A DNA stretch of 64,000 nt from an uncultured bacterium (GCA_963729625.1 CAVSOU010000010.1:1024001-1088000); one strand, 5' to 3'. Positions 1 through 9,657 are shown, numbered from the stretch's first letter. The notes: generated from the sequence alone by a model not told the origin. Numbers and translations: made by a program.

Positions 1-407
1 AGTCGGGCCACGGCTACCTGTTGCGAGCGCTTCATTTGGGAGGAGTAGGCGGCCAGATTCAGACCCTGTCGCCATGCGCGGCGTACGGCGGAGCCGCCGT
101 AAATGGCCAGTTCCTGTATATTCCGTGCGACGACCAGTTGCGTCAGCTCAGGCTTGCCTCAGGGTCGCGCCTTGTCGTCGGCTGGCAAGCGCCCGCGGCT
201 GTCACTGGTTCACCGGTAGTCGGAGGACAGACAGTCTATAGTCTCAACCCAGGCGCCGGCACGCTTTATGCTCTCAACGCCGCTACAGGTGAGGTACGCG
301 CCACGGTCGGAGTGGGCGTCGCATCGCGCTTCGCCACTCCGGCGCTCTCGGGGAACACCGTGTTTGTCGGTACCATGCAGGGAATCGTCGCAATAAGCAT
401 ACGCTGA
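1..407 (+). CDS. PQQ-like beta-propeller repeat protein, C-terminal part (5' truncated by window edge)
   Basis: Blade-like motifs (GTLYALNAATGEVR, FATPALSGNTVFVGT, GSPVVGGQTVY); stop at 407. Confidence 0.7.
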   Translation, partial: SGHGYLLRALHLGGVGGQIQTLSPCAAYGGAAVNGQFLYIPCDDQLRQLRLASGSRLVVGWQAPAAVTGSPVVGGQTVYSLNPGAGTLYALNAATGEVRATVGVGVASRFATPALSGNTVFVGTMQGIVAISIR

Positions 408-452
408 GCACCAGCCTCGACCATCCTCTCCTCTCAACCTTCGTGCCCGACC

Positions 453-956
453 TCAGTCAATAAGCACTGGTCTGTCGGTGAAGCGCACCAGATAGTTGTC
501 GGAGCTGCCGGTCCCTTCAAGCAGGAGAACCATCAGCGTGGCGGGCTTGTCGATCGCGAGCGGCACGCCGTGCCACACACCTTTTCGAAGCTTGGCTCCC
601 TGACCCTGTCGGATGCGAAACACGTGAAACTGGTCAAGCGCCGGAAGCCGCTCGGGATCGTCCAGGTGGTCGGGTGGCCCGACGTACACCAAGCAGTCTT
701 CGATAAGAGGCACCAACGTTTCCTCGCTGCGGAGATGCCTTTCGGCCCAATCAAACGAGAGCGGGCGGGGTTGAAGCTGCAGGAAGCCCACACCGTTAGG
801 ACGTGTATCCGCCTCCAGCAATGTTGTTTCTCCCCACCAATTCCAACCGGTCCCGCCTGCATCAGCTTCCCGGCTGGGTATCTCGACCACCGTGCCAAAC
901 GGCGCAAACGCACTGGGAGTCAAGGTCTCCACCTGCAGGTGCAGTTGTTCGTTCAT
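453..956 (-). CDS. Ureidoglycolate lyase (AllA)-like cupin protein
   Basis: Start MNEQLHL with GGAGG upstream; motifs LTPSAFAPFG, ERH..SEE, GVWH typical of the AllA family. Confidence 0.75.
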   Translation of the reverse strand: MNEQLHLQVETLTPSAFAPFGTVVEIPSREADAGGTGWNWWGETTLLEADTRPNGVGFLQLQPRPLSFDWAERHLRSEETLVPLIEDCLVYVGPPDHLDDPERLPALDQFHVFRIRQGQGAKLRKGVWHGVPLAIDKPATLMVLLLEGTGSSDNYLVRFTDRPVLID

Positions 957-1053
957 GCAATCTCCTCCACTTCGCCGCAGGGTAAGCAACGACCGCCGGT
1001 TCTCATGCGCCGGGACCGCCGCCACGCAGCATTCGGGTCTCCGGCGGCCCGGC

Positions 1054-2088
1054 TCACGCGTTCCGTTTGCGAGGCGGCCGGACGGGGCCGCTGCCAACCC
1101 CCAAACGCTCGATCGCAGCCTGGATCTCGTCGAGGTCCTCCTCAGTGAGAGTGACGGTCGCGCCGCCGATCCAACCATCGATCTGATCCGCCGTGCGCGA
1201 GCCCACAATCGCCCCCGTCACACCTCGCCAGGCGAGGATCCACGCCAGTGCGACCGAGGTCACGTTCGTCCCGTGCCGCGCTGCGATGGGCTTGAGGCTG
1301 TCACGCAGCGCGAGATTGCGACTCAGCCTCGGCTCGCCGAACTCCTCGGCGAGATCGGCCTGCCACTTGCGCCAGTCGTAGGAGTCCATCAGCTCGACCC
1401 GCTCCGCGGAGAATGAATCGGTGAGCAGCCCGGACCGCAGCGGACTGTAGCAGATAACACCTGTCTCGTGATCCGCGCACCAGTCGAGCAGCTGCTGTCC
1501 GGCGTCGCGGGCGAGCAGTGAGAAGGGAGGCTGCAGCGAATCGACGTGCCGGATCGCCTCGCACCGCTCGAGCAGGCCGACGTCGAAGTTCGAGACAGCC
1601 GGCGCCCGCACTTTGCCCTCGTCGACGAGCTTTCCCAGCTCCGCCCACGACTCCTCCACCGGCGTCCCGGTCTTGTCCGGCCAGTGGAACTGCACGAGGT
1701 CGAGCCGCTCGATGGCGAGCCGGCGCAGCGATGCTTCGCACTCAAGCCGGATCGACGCGGGCCGGAGGTTGTTTTGCGGCTCGCCATAGGGGTCGGAATT
1801 TGACCAGCGGAGGCCGCACTTCGAGAAGACGTACGGCCGCTCGTCCGCAGGTATTCCCCTGAGGGCCCGGCCCACTATCTCCTCGGAATGGCCGCGCCCG
1901 TAGATGGGGGCAGTGTCGATCCAGTTGACGCCGCATTCAATCGCGTGGCGGATCGCTCGGACCGACGTGGCGTCGTCCTGCGGGCCCCAGCTGTACTTCC
2001 AATTTGGGCCGCCAAACACCCACGTGCCCGCTCCGAGCACCGTGATGTTCATGCCGCTGCGGCCCAATGCACGGGTTGGCAGGGTCAT
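1054..2088 (-). CDS. Aldo/keto reductase
   Basis: GxGTW, IDTAPIYGRGHSE, SKCG, HWPD, SNF, YSPL motifs. Confidence 0.95.
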   Translation of the reverse strand: MTLPTRALGRSGMNITVLGAGTWVFGGPNWKYSWGPQDDATSVRAIRHAIECGVNWIDTAPIYGRGHSEEIVGRALRGIPADERPYVFSKCGLRWSNSDPYGEPQNNLRPASIRLECEASLRRLAIERLDLVQFHWPDKTGTPVEESWAELGKLVDEGKVRAPAVSNFDVGLLERCEAIRHVDSLQPPFSLLARDAGQQLLDWCADHETGVICYSPLRSGLLTDSFSAERVELMDSYDWRKWQADLAEEFGEPRLSRNLALRDSLKPIAARHGTNVTSVALAWILAWRGVTGAIVGSRTADQIDGWIGGATVTLTEEDLDEIQAAIERLGVGSGPVRPPRKRNA

Positions 2089-2891
2089 GTCGCACCTCCT
2101 GTAGCTACGTCTCGCCGGAAGCTCTGCACCATGAACTCGATGAGCTCCGGCAGGGATATCTCGCTGAGACTCTTGTCCACCGTCACCCGGCCATGCTGTA
2201 TCACGTTGATGCGGTCGCAGATTTCGAAGAGGTGTGTGTAGTTGTGGTCGATGACGATGATCGAGATATTCGTCTTTTTCGATAGACTCTTGATGAGGTT
2301 GATGATCAGTGACGTTTCCTTGGCTCCCATGGCCGCCAGCGGCTCGTCGAGCAACAGGATCTTGATGTTTTCCTGCCGCACCGCTCGCGCCACGGCAATG
2401 GCCTGCCGCTGGCCACCGGACAGCCTCGCAACCGGCGTATCGACGGACGGGACGTCGACTCCGATGTCGTCCAGGTAACGGCGCGCGGCGACGCGCATCG
2501 ATCGATTGCCAAGGAACCGGAACCAGCCGCCGCGGGTGTGCTCGCGGTTGAGAAACAGATTGTGGTACACGCTCAGCTCGCCGACCAGCGCCAGGTCCTG
2601 GAACACCGTCTCGATGCCGTGCTGGCGTGCATGCTGGACGGAACGAAACCGGACCTCCTCGCCCTCCAGGTAGATCCGACCTCGGTCCTGTCTGTACAGG
2701 CCAGTCAGAATCTTGACCAGCGTGGATTTGCCGGCGCCGTTGTCGCCGACCAGCCCCAAAACCTCACCGCGCCGCAGCTGCACGTCCACGCTCTGCAGCG
2801 CGACCACGGGACCGAAGCTCATCGCGATGTCCTCGGTCCGCAGAACCTCCTGCACGCCAGCTTGTCCGTTGCTCAGCCCATTCGCCGTCAT
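2085..2891 (-). CDS. Sugar ABC transporter ATP-binding protein (single domain)
   Basis: Walker A GDNGAGKST, signature LSGGQRQ, Walker B LLLDEP. Confidence 0.95.
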   Translation of the reverse strand: MTANGLSNGQAGVQEVLRTEDIAMSFGPVVALQSVDVQLRRGEVLGLVGDNGAGKSTLVKILTGLYRQDRGRIYLEGEEVRFRSVQHARQHGIETVFQDLALVGELSVYHNLFLNREHTRGGWFRFLGNRSMRVAARRYLDDIGVDVPSVDTPVARLSGGQRQAIAVARAVRQENIKILLLDEPLAAMGAKETSLIINLIKSLSKKTNISIIVIDHNYTHLFEICDRINVIQHGRVTVDKSLSEISLPELIEFMVQSFRRDVATGGAT

Positions 2892-3970
2892 CGGCGCTTC
2901 CTTACCTTTCTGCGCCGCGGGAAGATCGAGAAGACCTGGCTGACCGCTCGCGCAAACGACCCGCGCGGCCCTTGCGCGGAAGCTGCCCGCTCGATCTGCA
3001 CGTTTAGGACCATTGCGAGCAGGATCGCTACGCCGGTGACCAGCTCGAGCGCAAAGGAGCTGGTGCCGAGGATGAGGAACCCGTCCTTGATACTACCCAG
3101 CACGAACGCCCCGATGACTGCGCCAACCATGGTCCCGCGCCCGCCGGTAAGCGCGGTGCCGCCGATCACCGCTGAGGTCACGCCGAAGAATGTGAAGCTC
3201 AGGCCATCAGTGGCGGGGTCGAGGCTGCCGAGGTGATAACCGTCGAGGATACCCATGAATCCGCCCACCAGCGCGCACAGCACGAAGCACCAGATCTTGG
3301 TGTAGTCGACCCTGATGCCCGACTCCCTGGCCGACTCCGTGTTTCCTCCCACGGCCACGATGTGCAGGCCGAAGGTCGTGCGTCGCAGTATCACGTGCAG
3401 CAGTGCTGCGAAGCCGAGCGCCCAGAAGGCCTCGGACCAGGACCATAATCCCAGGACGTTGGCCAACGCGCCCGAGCCGACAGGATTTGTCGGCGCCCCG
3501 TTCGAATAGATGAGGACCACGCCCGTAAGTGCGAAGGACATTGCCAGGGTGGCGATGAACGACGGCACCCGAAGCTTGACCGTGGCCAGGCCGTTGATGA
3601 ACCCCAGGCCACAGCAGACCAACAGCGAGAGGACGATGCATGGCAAAACGGGAAGACCAGTATTGCTCCAGTACGTGGCAAAAAAGGGCGACACGATGTA
3701 CATCTCGCCTACCGACAGATCGATCTCGCCCAGGATCAGGACCGGCACTTCGGCGAGCGCGAACATGGCAAACGGCGCGACGAACTGGGACATCACCAGG
3801 GCGTTGTCAGTCGTGAAGAAGTTCGGGGACTCGATGGTGAAGAAGATCACCAGTGCGACCGCGACCAGCGCGCCGACCAGCTCGCTCAAGTGCTGGTCGA
3901 TGAACCGCCGCGTACCCGATGTGGGTACGCGGCGGTTCACCTCGCGCGGCGCTAGGGTGTTCGCACTCAT
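2888..3970 (-). CDS. Sugar ABC transporter permease (RbsC-like)
   Basis: Multiple TM helices; IDLSVG, GGNxESARESGI, VIGGTALTGGRG motifs. Confidence 0.95.
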   Translation of the reverse strand: MSANTLAPREVNRRVPTSGTRRFIDQHLSELVGALVAVALVIFFTIESPNFFTTDNALVMSQFVAPFAMFALAEVPVLILGEIDLSVGEMYIVSPFFATYWSNTGLPVLPCIVLSLLVCCGLGFINGLATVKLRVPSFIATLAMSFALTGVVLIYSNGAPTNPVGSGALANVLGLWSWSEAFWALGFAALLHVILRRTTFGLHIVAVGGNTESARESGIRVDYTKIWCFVLCALVGGFMGILDGYHLGSLDPATDGLSFTFFGVTSAVIGGTALTGGRGTMVGAVIGAFVLGSIKDGFLILGTSSFALELVTGVAILLAMVLNVQIERAASAQGPRGSFARAVSQVFSIFPRRRKVRKRR

Positions 3971-4015
3971 ATCCTAGATACCCCAGTACCGAACATTATA
4001 CAGACTCCAAACGGG

Positions 4016-5119
4016 CTACGGATGGCTGATCGTGGCCGGCCGAGTGAACACCACCGGCGTCGGGCTCGAGCCTTCCCAGGTATCCTTGTTCTTCAGATAG
4101 GCCCCAACATTGTCCTTGGTCACATACTTGAAGCCGGTGTTGTAGTCGGTGGGCGTGATCAGTCCGCCCGTGACGTTGTAGAGGAACAGCTGGTAGACCG
4201 ACATGGACCCCTGCAGGTAGGCTTGCTGATCGACCGTGAATGCCAGGCTACCCGCTTGGATGTTCTGCAACACGGGAAGGCCGACGTCAAAGGCAGAGCC
4301 GCCGACACCCTTGGCGGCGAGGTTCAGCTTCTGGATCGTCTTCGCCACGGCGACTCCGTTGCTGCCGCCAGTCGAGAACATCCACTTGACGCTCTGGTGC
4401 CCCTGATACCAGGCCTGGATCGACGCGAGGGCTGGCCCCTCAGTGGCGCCGACGCCTACCTGCACTGCGTTGACGCCGGCCGCCTTCAACACGCTCGCGG
4501 CGCCGTTCCAGCGCGGCTGCTCGTTCAGGGAGCCTATGACGCTAGTCATGCAGCCGACCAGGTCGCCCTTCTTGACGTACGTGAGTATCTTGTTTCCCAC
4601 GGCCACGCCGGCGCTGTAGAGGTCCTGACCGATGTAGGAGAATACGTTACTGCCGGCGCCGGCCGGAGCCTGGGCATTGTAGCCTACGACGGGAATTCCC
4701 TTGTCCAGTGCATTGTTCGTCACGGCGTTGAACGCCTTGGGGTCCACTATGCAGCACGCGATGCCATCGACTTTGTTGGCGATGGCAACGTTGAAGGCGT
4801 TGACCATCTCGGGGATGAGGCCGTTCTGCGAGCCGGTCCAGGTGTAGGTGCAGCCGAGCAGGTCGCACATATCGGTCGCCCCGGCGCGAACGGCGTTGAA
4901 GAAGACGTCGGCCGTCACATGACAGACAAATGCAAACTTGTAGGCAGGGTACGCGGGCCAGGGATTCTTGGTCGCGATGGACGACGCCGCCTCAACAGGG
5001 TCCGCGAGAGACCCGAGGAAGGGGAGACCGGCGGCCGCGATACCGGCATTGCGCAGGAAACGACGCCTGGAGTGCGCGTACTTCACTGGATTGATTTCGG
5101 GCTGTGTATATTTGGCCAT
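4016..5119 (-). CDS. Sugar ABC transporter substrate-binding protein with Tat signal
   Basis: SRRRFL twin-arginine signal; RbsB-like motifs (YIGQD, TVDQQAYLQG). Confidence 0.9.
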   Translation of the reverse strand: MAKYTQPEINPVKYAHSRRRFLRNAGIAAAGLPFLGSLADPVEAASSIATKNPWPAYPAYKFAFVCHVTADVFFNAVRAGATDMCDLLGCTYTWTGSQNGLIPEMVNAFNVAIANKVDGIACCIVDPKAFNAVTNNALDKGIPVVGYNAQAPAGAGSNVFSYIGQDLYSAGVAVGNKILTYVKKGDLVGCMTSVIGSLNEQPRWNGAASVLKAAGVNAVQVGVGATEGPALASIQAWYQGHQSVKWMFSTGGSNGVAVAKTIQKLNLAAKGVGGSAFDVGLPVLQNIQAGSLAFTVDQQAYLQGSMSVYQLFLYNVTGGLITPTDYNTGFKYVTKDNVGAYLKNKDTWEGSSPTPVVFTRPATISHP

Positions 5120-5271
5120 GTCAGGTCCCTTTCTTCGCCATTCCGGCATAAGGACTCTTTGTACGTTGGCCCTGGTCTGCCCAGCCGTCTAGAGCCTCCC
5201 GCGGTCGCACGATGCGCACGCTCGCATCGCGCTTTGCCGCCCTGGCCCCCATGGCGCTGAGCCGTCCTCGC

Positions 5272-5283
5272 TCACCTCCTTTC
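5272..5283 (-). promoter_or_regulatory. Orphan perfect Shine-Dalgarno (GAAAGGAGGTGA) in the 5' leader of the ABC operon
   Basis: + strand TCACCTCCTTTC matches the typical 16S 3' end; nearest ATG (5252) is about 22 nt from GGAGG. Confidence 0.5.
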
Positions 5284-5291
5284 GATATAAT

Positions 5292-5305
5292 CATGTCATT
5301 ACAGG
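5292..5305. promoter_or_regulatory. GntR-type operator 1 (CATGTCATTACAGG)
   Basis: Copy of the palindrome CCTGTAATTACAGG, 16 nt downstream of the minus-strand -10. Confidence 0.8.
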
Positions 5306-5321
5306 ATCCGAAAACGCCCAT

Positions 5322-5350
5322 AGTTTAGCATGTGCTGACCGTTCAGTCAA
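5322..5350 (-). promoter_or_regulatory. Sigma70-type promoter of the ABC/AKR operon
   Basis: TTGACT (5350-5345), 17 bp, extended -10 TGC-TAAACT (5327-5322). Confidence 0.7.
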
Positions 5351-5550
5351 CGACCGCGAGAAGTTCGTCCACTCGTTGCAAGTGGTCCGCGTTGCGGCCT
5401 CCGAACACGTCCCAAAAAACAGCAGGGATGTGCTGCGAATATCCTGTAGTATACGCCTTGGCGCCGGACCGCGAATGCACAGCCACGATCCCCCCTCCGC
5501 TTGCGGTCTGAATGCCTTGACGCCAATCGAGACCTGGGGCCGCCGTGGAG

Positions 5551-5579
5551 TTGACACGGCGACCATGCTGTGCTACGGT
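5551..5579 (+). promoter_or_regulatory. Sigma70-type promoter of the kduD operon
   Basis: TTGACA, 17 bp, extended -10 TGC-TACGGT. Confidence 0.7.
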
Positions 5580-5596
5580 ACCCACGTTGTGTCCAT

Positions 5597-5610
5597 CCTG
5601 TCATTACAGG
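5597..5610. promoter_or_regulatory. GntR-type operator 2 (CCTGTCATTACAGG)
   Basis: 13/14 match to the perfect palindrome; 17 nt downstream of the -10. Confidence 0.85.
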
Positions 5611-5817
5611 GTTACAGCAGCACGCCTTTGTCACATGTATAGGCGTGGGGCGGTGTGCACCGCCGTCAGACGGTTCCGGACAGGCCCGTTGATCGCGGCA
5701 CCGAGATCTCGATGCCGCGGCGATCGGCGCATCAAGAGAATCCTCGGTAGGCGATGATGCGCCGAGAGCCCTTGCGATATCCTCATCAATGGACGTACGC
5801 GGACTTGGAGGCAAACC

Positions 5818-6579
5818 ATGATACGAGATCGTTTCAGCCTGGACGGACAGGTCGCGATCGTTACCGGCGCCAGCACAGGCTTGGGACAGGGGATGTCTTG
5901 TGCACTGGCCGAGGCAGGCGCGAATGTAGTTGGAGTGGATTATGTAGAGATGACCGAGACTGAGAAGCGCGTCGCTGCGGTTGGCAGGCGATTTCTCGGC
6001 ATCGTGGCTGATCTGCTGTCGATCGACCCAATTGCGATGATTGTCGACAAGACGGTTGGCGCTTTCGGCAAGATCAACATACTTGTGAACAACGCGGGAA
6101 TCATACGACGCGAGGATCTGATCAACTTTGGCGAGAAGGACTGGGATGACGTTATGAGCCTGAATCTGAAGACGGTGTTCTTCTTCAGTCAGGCTGTTGC
6201 CAAGCAGTACATCAAGCAGGGAACAGGGGGCAAGATCATTAACATAGCGTCGATGCTTTCTTTCCAGGGAGGGATCAGGGTTCCTTCGTACACGGCCAGC
6301 AAGAGCGGTGTACTGGGAATCACGCGAACAATGGCGAACGAATGGGCGAAGCACGGTATCAATGCAAATGCAATCGCGCCAGGATACATGGCGACAAACA
6401 ATACGGCTCCGCTGAGAGCAGATAAAGACCGAAGCGCTGCAATCCTCGACAGAATACCCGCGGGCAGGTGGGGCTTGCCCGACGACTTGATGGGGCCCGT
6501 CGTCTTCCTGGCCTCGAGCGCCTCGGATTATGTTAACGGGTACACGCTGGCAGTCGACGGCGGTTGGCTTGCAAGGTGA
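5818..6579 (+). CDS. kduD: 2-dehydro-3-deoxy-D-gluconate 5-dehydrogenase
   Basis: SDR TGASTGLG, KduD signature IASMLSFQGGIRVPSYTASKSG, C-terminus GYTLAVDGGWLAR. Confidence 0.95.
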   Translation: MIRDRFSLDGQVAIVTGASTGLGQGMSCALAEAGANVVGVDYVEMTETEKRVAAVGRRFLGIVADLLSIDPIAMIVDKTVGAFGKINILVNNAGIIRREDLINFGEKDWDDVMSLNLKTVFFFSQAVAKQYIKQGTGGKIINIASMLSFQGGIRVPSYTASKSGVLGITRTMANEWAKHGINANAIAPGYMATNNTAPLRADKDRSAAILDRIPAGRWGLPDDLMGPVVFLASSASDYVNGYTLAVDGGWLAR

Positions 6580-6596
6580 ACACGAGGTAACTGGAG

Positions 6597-7394
6597 ATGA
6601 ATGATCTGCGAGGCGGGGCGCCATTCCGGCTAGACGAAAGAGTGGCTCTCGTCACAGGCGCTGGTTCAGGCATTGGCGCCGAGATAGCACGCGTCTACGC
6701 GCAACAGGGTGCAAGCGTGGTTATCGGCGACGTCAACGAGGAGCGAGGCCGGTCCGTCGCCGAAGAGATCGCGCGGGCGTCGGGTGCCGCCTGCGTCTTT
6801 AAGCACCTGGATGTGACGGACGTGGCCTCGTCGCAGCGCGCCGTGCAGGCCTGCGTGGACTCCTTTGGCGGTCTGAATATTCTTGTCAATAACGCTGGAG
6901 TCGGCTACGTAGGAGACGCGCTGGAAACCGACGAGCAGGAGTTTGCCCGACTGATGGCAGTCAACGTCACCGGAGTCTACAACTGTTCCAAGGCTGCCCT
7001 TGCCTGGATGGTTGCCCACGGTGGTGGCGTCGTGGTCAACATTGCATCCGTCGCCGGGCAAGTGGGAGTGAAACGCCGCTTTGCATACGGCGCCTCCAAG
7101 GGCGCGGTGATTGCGATGACCAAGAGCATGGCGGTGGACTTTGTCGACCGGGGCATACGCGTCAACTGCATATGCCCCGGCACCGTGTACACGCCCTTCG
7201 TGGAGTCGTATCTCGACCGGTTCCACGCTCACAATCGCGAGGAGACGCTTGCGGGCCTCAACGCTCGACAGCCCTTGGGCCGCATGGGTAGGCCGGCTGA
7301 GATTGCCCACATGGCCCTCTACCTCGCGTCCGAGGAGTCGGCATACGCCACGGGCTCGGCAATGGTGCTTGACGGAGGCTTGACCGCTCAGTAG
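6597..7394 (+). CDS. SDR oxidoreductase, 2-keto-3-deoxy-L-fuconate dehydrogenase-like
   Basis: TGAGSGIG, RFAYGASKG, NCICPGTV, ARQPLGRMG motifs. Confidence 0.85.
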   Translation: MNDLRGGAPFRLDERVALVTGAGSGIGAEIARVYAQQGASVVIGDVNEERGRSVAEEIARASGAACVFKHLDVTDVASSQRAVQACVDSFGGLNILVNNAGVGYVGDALETDEQEFARLMAVNVTGVYNCSKAALAWMVAHGGGVVVNIASVAGQVGVKRRFAYGASKGAVIAMTKSMAVDFVDRGIRVNCICPGTVYTPFVESYLDRFHAHNREETLAGLNARQPLGRMGRPAEIAHMALYLASEESAYATGSAMVLDGGLTAQ

Positions 7395-7472
7395 AATCTC
7401 GCGCTCCCTCGCTGGTAGCCGAGCTCCAAAATACATCGCAGCCGTTCGTGGCTGTGGAGGGAACGCAGCGTC

Positions 7473-8735
7473 GTGAGACTTGCACTTCCTTACGGACGGG
7501 AAGGCCTGATTGTCGATCTGCCCGACAGGAACGTCGACGTCGTGGAGCCATATCACACGCCGGCCCTGCAAGATGAAACCGCGGCCATCGTGTCGGCGCT
7601 TCGCCAGCCGTTGGATAGGCAGCCTCTCCGGGCGATGGTCTCACCGGGTGATCGCGTGGTCCTCGTGGTCAACGACGGCACCCGGCCAATGCCTTCGGCT
7701 CGCGTGCTGCCCCCTATCCTGGCGGAGCTGGCACACGTGCCGCCCGACCAGATCTCGGTGCTGGTCGCCACCGGCACGCACCGCGCCAACAGCGCCGTCG
7801 AGCTGGCGGAGATGCTGGGGCCCGGTATTGTCGCACACTACAAGGTAGTCAACCATGATGCTCGCGATCCGTACCAACTTGAGTATTTGGGCTGTAGCTC
7901 GCGCGGGCATCCCATCTGGATTGACAAACACTACCTCAACGCCGACGTGAAGATTCTCACCGGCTTCATCGAGCCCCATTTCTTCGCTGGATTCTCCGGT
8001 GGCCCAAAACTGGTCATGCCGGGGCTCGCGGGTTTGGAGACCGTGTCGGCAAACCACGCACCGGACATGATCGCTGATCCGAACGCGACTTTCGGTGTCC
8101 TCGAGAACAATCCAATTCATGAGGAGCAGCGCGAGATCGCGCTGCTGACTTCACCGACGTTCAGTGTGAACGTGGCCCTCAACCGGCGCCGCGAGATTAC
8201 TGGAGTGTGGGCTGGCGAGATGGTCGCCGTCCACGCGGCAGGAGTGGAGTTCGTACGCCGTGCAACGAGCCGGATCCTTTCTCACCCGTATGACGTCGTG
8301 TTGACAACCAACAGCGGATACCCACTTGACCAGAATCTCTACCAAAGCGTTAAGGGAATGGCTGCGGCAGCTCCCGCAGTGAGCGCGGACGGTGCTATCG
8401 TGCTGTGCGCGGAGTGCAGCGATGGGCTGCCGGACTTTGGCATCTTTGCTACTCTCCTGCGCGAGGCGCCTGACGCGGAGACGCTGCTGGCGCGCGTGCA
8501 GGCAGCGCAACCGCCGTTGCCCGATGGCTGGCAGGGCCAGATTCTGGGGCGCATACTGCGGCACGCCAGGGTTCACCTGTATTCGCGGCTGCCGGAATCC
8601 GTCGTGCAGCAGACTTTGCTCCTGCCATGCTCAGACGCTGGTGCGCGCGTGCGCGAACTGCTCGCCGCGTCAGGGCCGGAAGCAAGCCTGCTTGTCTTGC
8701 CGGAAGGACCGCAAACGATTGTTACCGTCGGATAA
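7473..8735 (+). CDS. larA: Nickel-pincer-dependent lactate racemase family protein
   Basis: LarA motifs DGTRP, ATGTHR, EPHFFAGFSGGPK, NH, YQSVK, DGW. Confidence 0.9.
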   Translation: MRLALPYGREGLIVDLPDRNVDVVEPYHTPALQDETAAIVSALRQPLDRQPLRAMVSPGDRVVLVVNDGTRPMPSARVLPPILAELAHVPPDQISVLVATGTHRANSAVELAEMLGPGIVAHYKVVNHDARDPYQLEYLGCSSRGHPIWIDKHYLNADVKILTGFIEPHFFAGFSGGPKLVMPGLAGLETVSANHAPDMIADPNATFGVLENNPIHEEQREIALLTSPTFSVNVALNRRREITGVWAGEMVAVHAAGVEFVRRATSRILSHPYDVVLTTNSGYPLDQNLYQSVKGMAAAAPAVSADGAIVLCAECSDGLPDFGIFATLLREAPDAETLLARVQAAQPPLPDGWQGQILGRILRHARVHLYSRLPESVVQQTLLLPCSDAGARVRELLAASGPEASLLVLPEGPQTIVTVG

Positions 8736-8841
8736 CGGCACCGCACGGCGGCCAACGGGCAGGTTCGCGCCCCGCGATGCAGCACGGCACGACCGGCTTC
8801 GCGGAACCAGCGTGCTGCCTGCCCTGCCTTGTTCGGCGTTG

Positions 8842-8870
8842 TTGACGGCCTGAGGTGGGAAGGCTATACT
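8842..8870 (+). promoter_or_regulatory. Sigma70-type promoter of eda-kduI
   Basis: TTGACG, 17 bp, TATACT. Confidence 0.8.
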
Positions 8871-8887
8871 CGGTGTGTCTCTTGAAG

Positions 8888-8901
8888 CCTGTAATTACAG
8901 G
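8888..8901. promoter_or_regulatory. GntR-type operator 3 (CCTGTAATTACAGG, perfect palindrome)
   Basis: Perfect 14-bp inverted repeat 17 nt downstream of the -10. Confidence 0.85.
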
Positions 8902-9015
8902 ATGATAGCATGTCGCCCAACATCGGGCCAGCCTGGAAACCGGGCTTGCCGGCGTGGTGCGAGTGGTACGTCGAGAGTGAACGTAGCGGGTCGCTAATGA
9001 AGGAATATTGGTGAA

Positions 9016-9657
9016 ATGAACGAGGTGCTGCACGCAATTAGCCAGATAGGCCTGGTGCCGGTGATCAAGGTCGACAGGGCGGAAGATGCCGTGCCGCTTG
9101 CACGTGCGCTGGTCGAAGGTGGGCTGCCGGTAGCCGAGATTACCTTCCGGACCGCGGCAGCCAGAGAGGCAATTCGCAACATTGCGGCGGGCCTTCCCGA
9201 GATGATCCTGGGCGCCGGCACCGTGCTGACCGTGCAGCAGGCCGAGCAGGCTGTGGAAGCCGGAGCAAAATACATCGTGTCGCCCGGATTCGATCCGTCA
9301 GTCGTCGATTGGTGCCTGGCGCGAGACGTCGCGGTCACCCCTGGGGTCGCCACGCCTACGGAAGTGATCATGGCGCTGGGTAAAGGCCTGCATAACCTCA
9401 AATTCTTCCCAGCCGAGGAACTGGGCGGTATCCGGATGCTCAAGGCCCTCGCGGGTCCGTTCGGCGACGTGCGCTTTATCCCTACCGGTGGGATCACCGC
9501 CTCGAGTCTTCCCGACTACCTCCGACTGCCCAACGTGTTTGCGGTGGGGGGAAGCTGGATGGTAAGCGCGGCGCTGATCGGCGCCGGCAAGTTCGACGAG
9601 ATCAAGCGTCTCGCCGGGGAGGCCCGGCAGATCGTCGCCACGGTCCGGGGAACATGA
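9016..9657 (+). CDS. eda: KDPG/KHG aldolase
   Basis: EITFRT, GAGTV, PGVATPTE, KFFPA, PTGG motifs. Confidence 0.95.
   Translation: MNEVLHAISQIGLVPVIKVDRAEDAVPLARALVEGGLPVAEITFRTAAAREAIRNIAAGLPEMILGAGTVLTVQQAEQAVEAGAKYIVSPGFDPSVVDWCLARDVAVTPGVATPTEVIMALGKGLHNLKFFPAEELGGIRMLKALAGPFGDVRFIPTGGITASSLPDYLRLPNVFAVGGSWMVSAALIGAGKFDEIKRLAGEARQIVATVRGT

Noticed and set aside
4022-5260. 412-aa plus-strand ORF, and many similar long antisense ORFs (e.g. 5347..6624, 36930..38474)
   Set aside because: Shadow frames of well-supported genes in GC-rich DNA; no motifs or RBS
5443-5456. CCTGTAGTATACGC, an operator-like half site
   Set aside because: Right half does not match the consensus and no correctly placed promoter
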